Positions 47,836 through 55,605 of a DNA stretch of 64,000 bases are shown here, in pieces (within the stretch, counting starts at the first letter, position 1; each line of letters starts with the position of its first letter). The stretch is taken from positions 1-64,000 of the IMG/VR virus record IMGVR_UViG_3300018055_000001, one strand, 5' to 3'. A program made the position numbers and the translations under genes. The stretch is from a virus. The notes under the pieces are model-generated. The model saw only the letters and a list, made by a program, of their open reading frames with translations, was not told where the DNA came from and did no database searches.

Positions 47836-48492
47836 ATGCCCGTCGACTTCCAGGTGGCGTTTCCGCAAGAGACCGTGAAGATCAGCCAGGTCAAGCCTGT
47901 GCCGGGTCTGCCGGTGCGGACTCTCGACATCTACGGGGAAGATTTCCGTTCGGTCGAAGACGTCTTGATGAATCAGGTGTCGGTGCCCTCGTTTGTAGTT
48001 TTGAGCAAGACGCGTCTTCTTGCTGAAGTCCCACAGCCGCTGGTGAGTTTGACCATCACTTCCATCATGGTGCTTAGTCGCAAGCTGCTCATTTCCCCTC
48101 GTAGCTACATTCGCTTCAACATCGGGCGGACTCCGAGCAAGACTCGAGGCATTTTGAAGTTGATGCAGCTTTTCTTGAAGATGCTGCTTACCACCCCTGG
48201 GACGGACATCTTTGCCCCGAAGACAGGCGGCGGAGCCATGGTGCACCTCGGGCAGAGCGTGGGGACCAATGAGGGTTCGGATGTGGTGGCTGGCATCATT
48301 GTGAGTGTGGACTCGACGGCGCGGCAGATTGTTCAGATCCAGGGTCGCAATCAATCGATTCCCCCTGATGAACGGCTGCTCACCGCGAAGGTGTTATCGG
48401 CCGGTTTCAACAAGAATGAGACTGCCATTCTGATCGGTATTGAGCTCACGTCCCAGGCTGGTCGAAGTGCTGTGGCTCGTTTCGAGGCCTAG
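47836..48492 (+). CDS. Baseplate wedge protein, gp25/GPW-like C-terminal half (tentative)
   Basis: ILKLMQLFLKMLLTTPGTDIFAPKTGGG resembles the gp25 signature I.L.T..G.R...P.FG. Confidence 0.4.
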   Translation: MPVDFQVAFPQETVKISQVKPVPGLPVRTLDIYGEDFRSVEDVLMNQVSVPSFVVLSKTRLLAEVPQPLVSLTITSIMVLSRKLLISPRSYIRFNIGRTPSKTRGILKLMQLFLKMLLTTPGTDIFAPKTGGGAMVHLGQSVGTNEGSDVVAGIIVSVDSTARQIVQIQGRNQSIPPDERLLTAKVLSAGFNKNETAILIGIELTSQAGRSAVARFEA

Positions 48493-48511
48493 CGCGGGGC
48501 TAAGAAATGGT

Positions 48512-48529
48512 GCACGCCTTCCGGCGTGC
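48512..48529. terminator. Hairpin GCACGCC-ttcc-GGCGTGC
   Basis: Perfect 7-bp stem 20 nt after the 48492 stop. Confidence 0.55.
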
Positions 48530-48626
48530 CTTCACGTGAAAAGAAGTCACTTTCGCAGCTGCAACAACGCAACATTTACCAAGGGGATTTTTAGAATGCC
48601 GTTGTCTTTTCATGTATTTCCAATGC

Positions 48627-48640
48627 TCTTATACCCGGGG
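48627..48640 (-). promoter_or_regulatory. Class-2 promoter-like motif (minus strand CCCCGGGTATAAGA) with no annotated gene
   Basis: One mismatch from the 31931 copy; points toward hairpin 48512-48529. Confidence 0.4.
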
Positions 48641-48670
48641 AAGATCAATTTCTGTGACAAGGGGCTAAAG

Positions 48671-48698
48671 AAAAGACGGGTACGTACTTCCGTCTTTT
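48671..48698. terminator. Bidirectional terminator
   Basis: AAAAGACGG-gtacgtactt-CCGTCTTTT. Confidence 0.7.
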
Positions 48699-48708
48699 CG
48701 ATGTGAAC

Positions 48709-49191
48709 TCAGTTCACCATTTGCACGGTGGCTGCGACATGCAGCAGGCCAGGGGCAGCACCTTCTAAGTTCTGCATGCGGGTGAGCAACGCGTCCCACT
48801 CAGCCCGAGAGACACCTTGTTCCGCAGCGTTTCTCTCAACCAGCTCGATGGCGGCTTGGTGAAATTCCCACGCTAGGTCAGTATGAACATGGAAGGCAAC
48901 ACCAAGTGCTTCCTTGAGCGGCCAAAGAATCATATCGTCTCTGAGGCGTTGTATACCGAATGTGTCTCGGTACTGATTGAGGAAGTCTCTTAGCCTCTCA
49001 TTCTGTGAGGCTAAGGACTCCACGCGCAATGGGTTCAGCCTGCGCCTGTACCTATTCAGCACGTTGTACAGCTGCGTCTCGGTAAGACTAAGTGCATTGC
49101 AAAGGGCTTTGCTGGTACAGAGAAGCATACCGTCGGGCAAACGAACCATGGCAATTACAAGTGCTTTGAATCTCCAGCTAACTAGTTTCAT
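48709..49191 (-). CDS. Hypothetical protein, possibly Bro-N/antirepressor-like DNA-binding
   Basis: GGAGG SD 7 nt before ATG 49191; FKALVIAMVRLPDGMLLCTSKALCNALSL is only weakly Bro-N-like. Confidence 0.3.
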   Translation of the reverse strand: MKLVSWRFKALVIAMVRLPDGMLLCTSKALCNALSLTETQLYNVLNRYRRRLNPLRVESLASQNERLRDFLNQYRDTFGIQRLRDDMILWPLKEALGVAFHVHTDLAWEFHQAAIELVERNAAEQGVSRAEWDALLTRMQNLEGAAPGLLHVAATVQMVN

Positions 49192-49282
49192 TCTGAAACC
49201 TCCAATATTCTTGTGCCCGAATACTGGTTGTATTTTCAGGTGGCTAAAGAAGAACCAGCTTGTAGCTGGCTCTTCTAGCGGA

Positions 49283-50194
49283 TCATTGGCACTCTGCATT
49301 CAAAATGCAAGTTGCCTCTGTTTGGTAGTAATCGCCTACGGCGCTGCATGAACAGCCGTTTGCGGGATAACTGACAACTATGTAACTAGCTGGAACTGGG
49401 GAATCAGCTTTTCCACCGGTTCCAGGTACATAGCAGGAACAAGTGCCACAACCGAGTTTTGTAGTCCCTGCTGGGCATGTCGCAATGGCAGGGTTTCCAA
49501 AACCCGCCACCAGTTGAACTGATTGGCTTCCACCCGTGGATGAATTTCCTCCTGTGGTTTTGCTGCCACCAGTAGCGCTGTTGCCTCCAGTGGTCGATGA
49601 CCCGCCAGTAGCTGACGACCCACCGGTTCCGGTAGCGCCGCCTGTGCCTTGGCTTATGCAAACCGCGGCAGTGCAGCCCCAGCTAGCTAGGCAAGTTGCA
49701 TAGCCAGAGGTCAGCGCGCAGCAGTTGGTTTTCGCCTGCGCTGGCTGGCATGCCGCAGTACTTCCGCCAGTGGTCTGTGAGCCTCCGGTTGACTTTGATC
49801 CTCCAGTTGTTCCGGAGCCTCCGGCCATGTTGGTTGTAGAGCCCCCTGGGCGCCCACCGGTTGTGGTAACAGCGTTCGTCGTGCCGCCGGTAGATGATTC
49901 ACCACCGGTAGATGATTCCCCGCCTGTAGTTGCAGCGGTTGTTTGTGCCCCTGTGTTGCCACCTGTTTCTTGTGCGGCAGTGGTAGCTGCAGGAGTTGAA
50001 CTTCCGCCAGTGCTGGGGGTTGTAGTAGCTGCAGGTAAACTCGAGGAGCCCCCAGTCGTGACGACCTGGGCAGTGCTCGAAGCAGTGGATGTACCAGCTG
50101 CGCCGGGGTCAACGGCGGCTGAGTACGAAGAGTCGTCGTTGCCGCAGGCAACGGCAATCAGTACGAATGCTATCGAGAAAAATCTAGTGGTCAT
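49283..50194 (-). CDS. Lipoprotein with T/G/S-rich repeats and Cys-rich segments
   Basis: MTTRFFSIAFVLIAVACGNDDSS lipobox; many TGG(S/N)S repeats; 303 aa. Confidence 0.7.
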   Translation of the reverse strand: MTTRFFSIAFVLIAVACGNDDSSYSAAVDPGAAGTSTASSTAQVVTTGGSSSLPAATTTPSTGGSSTPAATTAAQETGGNTGAQTTAATTGGESSTGGESSTGGTTNAVTTTGGRPGGSTTNMAGGSGTTGGSKSTGGSQTTGGSTAACQPAQAKTNCCALTSGYATCLASWGCTAAVCISQGTGGATGTGGSSATGGSSTTGGNSATGGSKTTGGNSSTGGSQSVQLVAGFGNPAIATCPAGTTKLGCGTCSCYVPGTGGKADSPVPASYIVVSYPANGCSCSAVGDYYQTEATCILNAECQ

Positions 50195-50214
50195 GGTTGT
50201 TCTCCTTCTATCTA

Positions 50215-50232
50215 TCTTATTCCCGAAATTTC
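50215..50232 (-). promoter_or_regulatory. Class-2 promoter-like motif (minus strand GAAATTTCGGGAATAAGA)
   Basis: Followed by TAGATA-GAAGGAG-aacaacc-ATG 50194. Confidence 0.5.
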
Positions 50233-50244
50233 AACGCTCTTGCG

Positions 50245-50253
50245 TGCTATGCT
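50245..50253 (+). promoter_or_regulatory. Class-1 extended -10 box TGCTATGCT
   Basis: 12 nt upstream of ATG 50266. Confidence 0.5.
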
Positions 50254-50265
50254 AGGCCAAGCACA

Positions 50266-53200
50266 ATGGCTGTCTTCGACCTACAGGTATTTCTCCAAGA
50301 ACGTCTGCGATCTTTTGACGAGAACATGGATGTATCGTCCGGTTCCCCCGCGGATGTGCAGATCATTCAACCAGTTCTGCGCAGGTTGGGCACAGACCCA
50401 TTCACTGTGGACTTGGCGACGTTCCTGAGCGCCAGGTTGAAGCAAGCGTTTCCTGAAATGGGTACGGAAGAGGGTGATGCACTCACCGACTTGCTCATCA
50501 AGCCAAGTGTTCTCCTGATGGATCCATTCGTGAGGGAGATTTTTCGAATCCGAAACAGTCAAAGCTTCAAAGACCCGACTACCCTCACTACCGACGAGGC
50601 AGATGCGCTTGGGGCTAACTTGTTCAGTACAAGGGAGCTCGGAGATTACTCACGTGGCACTGGGAGGGTGTATTTCGCGCAACCGCGCAATGTGTCTGTG
50701 ACTCCTGCGAACTTCTTCACGTCGAAGGGAGGGCTGCATTACTTCCCCGACGGCAAGCAGGACATCACTGTTGACGAGATGATGCTCAACATCGATGGGA
50801 GTCTTTACTACTTCGACATCAACGCAATTGCAGAGCAGCCTGGAACCGCTTACAACATTGGTCCCAATGAGTTGTCCAACATTGCCAATTTGGAGGGTAC
50901 GGCCAAGGTGGCTAACCTTCGACGTTTTTCCAGTGGTAATTCAGCAGAGAATGCAGTCGATTTTGTGGATCGCACTCAGCAAGAGCTCACCGAGCGCTCG
51001 ATGGTTACACTTCGCGGGATTGGCGCTCGTATCCCCAGAGCATTCCCAGAAGTGACCAGGCTGGCTGTTGTTGGGTTCGGAGATCCCGAGATGCAACGCG
51101 ACGTGTTGACAGGTGGGGGATTGGGCCCGACCCTAGCTGGCGGCCTGTTTGGAAGTACTGTGCTGGACGGTATCGGAAAACCTACCACAAAAAGGTTCTC
51201 GGTGTCCGATGTGGGAGTCGACTTCACCGCATTGGTAGACTCGACTGATCCAGGAGCGTTCATTCTTACCGTCACGCAGGCGTATTCAGGACCGCCCTTG
51301 ATTCGAGATTTGCCTATAGCCAAAGTAATTGATGAGCAGACGGTAGAGGTGGTGGATCAAGTTTTCCTTCCGTTCTACAGCAATCGCCCATGGACTTTGC
51401 GTAAGAGGGAGTTGACGCTCAGCGGCATTCCAGGTGGTTTGCTTTTCCCCGACACAGCCAACGGGACAGTGGCCATACCGGACGGGGAAGTACATGTGGG
51501 CGGTTTGTATGACGTTTCTGTGCGAGGAAGCTCATTCGATAGCAGCACCCTTGTGTTGGACAGCATCACCGATGCTAGCCCAGCCACTGAAGGAATTCAT
51601 TTGTCGTTCGTGATGCCCGACGTTGTGATGCTTGCAGATTTGACTTTGGGTAATGCCCCTGGAGACAACTACGCAGTCGGTGACGATATCTATGAAGCGC
51701 TGGTGAATGCGCAGCAGTACGGATACACTTTGCAGATTCTGGATGGCATTGCAGCGGGTGACTATCGCGTGACGCAAGTTTCTCAGGTCGTCAGCTCGCA
51801 CCCGACGCTTCAGATTTCACCTGCTCCTTCGACAGCTCCCTCTGGGGAGATGCGGTGGAGATTGGTGGATGTGATCGACATCGATCTTCTGGAGCCCAAA
51901 GATACCAGGGTATCCGGGGAGAATTTGCAGACGTTGCAGAACTCCGATGTGGTGACCACAACAGCAGCGGTGGATTGGGCCTCATTGGGCGTGAGTGAGA
52001 ATGACACCTTCAGGATATTGGAGGGTCCAGACGCAGCTGACTACCTCATAAAGGCTTTGCCCTCGTTCGATTCGGCCAAGCTGGATCGAGTATTGAAGAA
52101 CACGAACATCGATCTGTCCTACACGATTTTTAGAGCAAACTCTGCGGGAGGAGTGCAACTTCCATTGATTCGAGTCAGCCAGATCGAGCTTCTGGACACT
52201 GCCGGGCAGCCTGTAGGATCCATCGTGCCCTACGCAAAGACTATCGATGTTCAAAGTAGAGCGTTTGAGAATCCCGGGCACGGGGTGAAGTTCGAAACCA
52301 CATTTGCCAGGCTAGGCATTGTGTCTGTGGCGGAGCCTGTGGGAGGTTTCCTGGTAGGGGAACGCAGTTTATTCATCTCTTTCCCGAGCTCTCCTTTAGG
52401 ATACCCATCGTTCATCAACGTGTTTTTCGCTACGGGCGTTTATAGTTCCCCCCTAACTGCGCAGGAAGTGGTCGATATGATCAATGCGGCAGCTGTGCTT
52501 GCCATAGGGGCAAATACGGTGCTGGCTGTGCTGATTACGAACCAGGGGCACAACTATGTAGGCTTGGTCCCCTTGGACCCGCTCATGAACGCAAACAATG
52601 GCTCAGCCCTGGCTGTTTTGTTTGGAGCAGCTGAAGTATTCAGCGTAGGGGATGTTAGAGACTTGGTTGACGCCGATTGGGTAGTGACGCTACCCGCCAT
52701 CAGCACCGATAACTTGGATGTACTTCAGGTGACGGACGGGGTTCAATCAGGATTTTACGGAAATCTACGTGTTTCGACCTTGGGGACGGCCTTGACTTCT
52801 GTGGGGACAGGTTTTGCTCCGGAGTTCAATCGTCACATCAAGTTGGGGGCACGTTCTCTAGGAGGTGCGCGCTGCTACTTTTTGGAACCGACTAGCGTCG
52901 AGTTTGGGCCTCAGTCTGTTTTCACTGCGACGTTAGCCAATGGGGCTGTTGCACGTTACTTCCCAGATCCGACATTGGACACTGTGCGGGTACCAGCGTA
53001 TCCGTCCACTGTATTCCCGAGTGATGGGTCTGTGACTGCGGCGGGTTCCCTCTTCACTGCCGCTTACAATTTTGCTACAGAGTCCATAGTTCCTGGGGAT
53101 GTATTGGATCTGCTCTACGTGCCAATTACTGGCTCCAGTGTGCTGCCTTCTGTACTTCATGGTCTGGTGGGCACGACTCTGGTGATTTCAATGGATGGTG

Positions 53201-54246
53201 GGGCGGATCAGACAATGATGTTCGGTCATATTGCTGCCCCCAGCCACTCGGATGTGCTTCGCACTGAGGTGGCGGATCAGATCAATACGGCGGTAGGGAA
53301 GGTTGTAGCCAGTCTGACTGGTTCAAATCACCTGGAATTCGTGGGAGATGTGAGCATCATTGTGCGAGGTTCCGGTACTGCGAATACCGCATTGGGGCTG
53401 GGTGCCTCGGATCACTCCAATGAATCTCTCAACAACATACCAAGAGGGTACCTCATTTTGGTGGTGAATGACGGATCTGTGATGGTGGATTCATCAACTC
53501 TCTTTGGGACTACTGAGTCTCGTGTCAAGTGGAGGATACGACGTTTGTCCACGCAGCGTTGTAGTTCCACCCAGATGAATTCCAATACGGCCAAGGCGGG
53601 TCTTTACTACTTTGACGTAGAGCTCGTGAGCGAAGGGACAGGGGACCTCTACAACATTGACAGCAATGTTCAAATGTTCGCTGAAGGATATCGAAGTGAT
53701 GGGTACTACCTGACGACGGACGATTCTGATCTCACCTTCTCTACGGTGGAGAAACCCAGACTTCATGTGTCGCGCTCAATTTTGGAGGTGGGAGTTTCAG
53801 ACAGCCCATCGAGTGCGACGCAGCTCAGTGGCCAAAACTTGGAGGTCACATACGACAGATCAACTCTCACCAGTGACGTGCAGAATTTCGTTCTGTCTGA
53901 GACGGAGCGAGTGGTCTGCTCGAATCCGCTGTCTCGGCACCTGGTGCCACACTTCGTCCGTTTCGACTTTGAATACACTGGAGGCTCAAGCGCAGATGTA
54001 GTCTCTGGCGACATCGCAACCTATATTCAAAAGTTGTACCCGTCGGACTTCCTAGAATCTAGTGACCTTGTGAACAAGGCCTACCAACGAGGCGCCTCGA
54101 GTGTCGTAAGCCCCATCGACTTGATCGCAGTGGTGCACAACTATGACAGGACTGTGCAAGCGCAGCGGTCTCAGAACGCCCTCAACACGGGCAGGCTTGC
54201 CGCATTTCTGGTCGATGTCATCAATGTGAATCGCCGTTCCGGTTGA
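50266..54246 (+). CDS. Baseplate J (gp6/gp47)-like protein with very long C-terminal extension (1326 aa)
   Basis: N-terminal 330 aa follow the baseplate-J pattern (VSSGSPADV..., LIKPSVLL..., AEQPGTAYNIGPNEL..., FSSGNSAENAVDFVDRTQQEL). ATG 50266 chosen over ORF-track start 50197. Confidence 0.5.
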   Translation: MAVFDLQVFLQERLRSFDENMDVSSGSPADVQIIQPVLRRLGTDPFTVDLATFLSARLKQAFPEMGTEEGDALTDLLIKPSVLLMDPFVREIFRIRNSQSFKDPTTLTTDEADALGANLFSTRELGDYSRGTGRVYFAQPRNVSVTPANFFTSKGGLHYFPDGKQDITVDEMMLNIDGSLYYFDINAIAEQPGTAYNIGPNELSNIANLEGTAKVANLRRFSSGNSAENAVDFVDRTQQELTERSMVTLRGIGARIPRAFPEVTRLAVVGFGDPEMQRDVLTGGGLGPTLAGGLFGSTVLDGIGKPTTKRFSVSDVGVDFTALVDSTDPGAFILTVTQAYSGPPLIRDLPIAKVIDEQTVEVVDQVFLPFYSNRPWTLRKRELTLSGIPGGLLFPDTANGTVAIPDGEVHVGGLYDVSVRGSSFDSSTLVLDSITDASPATEGIHLSFVMPDVVMLADLTLGNAPGDNYAVGDDIYEALVNAQQYGYTLQILDGIAAGDYRVTQVSQVVSSHPTLQISPAPSTAPSGEMRWRLVDVIDIDLLEPKDTRVSGENLQTLQNSDVVTTTAAVDWASLGVSENDTFRILEGPDAADYLIKALPSFDSAKLDRVLKNTNIDLSYTIFRANSAGGVQLPLIRVSQIELLDTAGQPVGSIVPYAKTIDVQSRAFENPGHGVKFETTFARLGIVSVAEPVGGFLVGERSLFISFPSSPLGYPSFINVFFATGVYSSPLTAQEVVDMINAAAVLAIGANTVLAVLITNQGHNYVGLVPLDPLMNANNGSALAVLFGAAEVFSVGDVRDLVDADWVVTLPAISTDNLDVLQVTDGVQSGFYGNLRVSTLGTALTSVGTGFAPEFNRHIKLGARSLGGARCYFLEPTSVEFGPQSVFTATLANGAVARYFPDPTLDTVRVPAYPSTVFPSDGSVTAAGSLFTAAYNFATESIVPGDVLDLLYVPITGSSVLPSVLHGLVGTTLVISMDGGADQTMMFGHIAAPSHSDVLRTEVADQINTAVGKVVASLTGSNHLEFVGDVSIIVRGSGTANTALGLGASDHSNESLNNIPRGYLILVVNDGSVMVDSSTLFGTTESRVKWRIRRLSTQRCSSTQMNSNTAKAGLYYFDVELVSEGTGDLYNIDSNVQMFAEGYRSDGYYLTTDDSDLTFSTVEKPRLHVSRSILEVGVSDSPSSATQLSGQNLEVTYDRSTLTSDVQNFVLSETERVVCSNPLSRHLVPHFVRFDFEYTGGSSADVVSGDIATYIQKLYPSDFLESSDLVNKAYQRGASSVVSPIDLIAVVHNYDRTVQAQRSQNALNTGRLAAFLVDVINVNRRSG

Positions 54247-54754
54247 TGATGGGTATGTCCCCATAGCGAGCGATGTTTGGGTCACCGCGTTCCACTGTCA
54301 TTCCGTCGAACGGATTCATTGAGTGCCCGCACTTGTGGCACTTCATGATGCAGCGCGGGATCAACCAATTCTCGTCCGAGAATGCGAAGGTAGTTCCTCC
54401 AAAGGCCTTCTCCATGGTGGGGCCGCAGCCATTCGGACAGTACCTGTGTTGACGGTACAGTGCCTCTGCCTTTTCATGGTCTGGCGTCAGAACGTCTGGA
54501 ATTCCTTCAATTGCCTTCAGCGCCACCTCGGGATCCAAGGTTTGGAACGTGAGAGGTATGCCGCGGTTTGCCATGCTGCTAGTGTAATAGCGTCGGAGAA
54601 AGTCAGCAATGCTGGCGTTTAGGTCGGCGTTCCAGTAGCCTGCTACAATCGAACCATGGCTGCAAGTGCATTGCTCAAGTTTTCTCAGGGTTCTGTCGTC
54701 GGTGGCGATGGAGAAGCCCTGTTGGGTGTAGTCAACGAAGAAGTTGTGCTGCAT
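54221..54754 (-). CDS. Zinc-ribbon protein on the opposite strand inside the baseplate module (start uncertain; alt ATG 54574)
   Basis: CPNGCG...CHKCGH; 26-nt convergent overlap with the 50266 gene; the longest form overlaps the 54656 gene by 99 nt. Confidence 0.45.
   Translation of the reverse strand: MQHNFFVDYTQQGFSIATDDRTLRKLEQCTCSHGSIVAGYWNADLNASIADFLRRYYTSSMANRGIPLTFQTLDPEVALKAIEGIPDVLTPDHEKAEALYRQHRYCPNGCGPTMEKAFGGTTFAFSDENWLIPRCIMKCHKCGHSMNPFDGMTVERGDPNIARYGDIPIINRNGDSH
54641..54649 (+). promoter_or_regulatory. Class-1 extended -10 box TGCTACAAT
   Basis: 6 nt upstream of ATG 54656. Confidence 0.55.
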
Positions 54755-55573
54755 AATGTCGACAACACTGGGGTTAGGTCGTGGCAGATTGATTTAGTAG
54801 CTGCCGACGCGGGGAGCTCGTACGTACCCCAAGATGCGTATGCGTTCAGCGATAACAGCAGTACGCCAACGACCCCATTTACCCCAGACTGGAGTGGAAG
54901 CTACCGTTGGGTGTTGAAGGTTTGGGATGCTCAGAATCGTGTCGGGGATCCCACGGATGTCGACATTCGAGTTTTTTCTATTCCTGAATCGAACGGTTTT
55001 ATTATTCCTCCTTCGCAGGTTTTTCCCCTCCCATTGCCTGATCCTAGAACAGGCGCGGATGGGGCAAAGCCGAATGAACTCAATTTCAACAGCCAAGTGA
55101 ATGGCTGGTCAGGGAATGGGCAAGATGGGTTGTTGAGTGCATTAGTTCGCAGCGTAGATCTCACCAGAGTGTGGCAGTTCGCCTCGCACACCCTTGGGGC
55201 TACACCCAATTGGCTCTTTGTTTTTGATGTGGCGAAAGTGCTACCTGGGTATATCCGTGTGGCGTTTGAAGTTGTTGTTTGGGATGAGGTGGCTGATACG
55301 AGCCACGCGTATCTCAATAGGGTCAGCATATTTAGGCTAAAGACTGATAGAACACTAACGCACATACATGCGGGCGAGGTTCTTTATGGTAATGCGCTAC
55401 CTGCTCCCGTGGACGGAGCCACCCCTATGAATTTCGATCCACATGGGGTTATAGTGCAAGTTGACTCTGGGCACTACATTGCAGCGCAGGCCGTTCCAGA
55501 CCCGTTGGCGCCAAGTGGTTTGGACCTTACTTGGTTTGCAAACATACAATTGTCCTTGATCCAGTGGTACTGA
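54656..55573 (+). CDS. Putative baseplate/tail-fibre module protein
   Basis: 305-aa ORF. Confidence 0.55.
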   Translation: MAASALLKFSQGSVVGGDGEALLGVVNEEVVLHNVDNTGVRSWQIDLVAADAGSSYVPQDAYAFSDNSSTPTTPFTPDWSGSYRWVLKVWDAQNRVGDPTDVDIRVFSIPESNGFIIPPSQVFPLPLPDPRTGADGAKPNELNFNSQVNGWSGNGQDGLLSALVRSVDLTRVWQFASHTLGATPNWLFVFDVAKVLPGYIRVAFEVVVWDEVADTSHAYLNRVSIFRLKTDRTLTHIHAGEVLYGNALPAPVDGATPMNFDPHGVIVQVDSGHYIAAQAVPDPLAPSGLDLTWFANIQLSLIQWY

Positions 55574-55605
55574 CCAATGTTTGAAGTAGCCATAGAAGGT
55601 GTTGT

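Noticed and set aside
47824-48354. 176-aa minus-strand ORF
   Set aside because: It is antisense to the gp25-like gene, which follows a terminator and a -10 box.
48440-48706. 88-aa plus-strand ORF spanning the 48493-48708 gap
   Set aside because: It runs through two terminator hairpins and starts inside the previous gene. The region is better explained as non-coding, with a possible minus-strand small transcript.
49711-50255. Alternative-frame ORFs (148 aa minus, 176 aa plus) across the second lipoprotein gene
   Set aside because: The same low-complexity effect applies. The products are Pro/Val or Pro/Leu repeats without start context.
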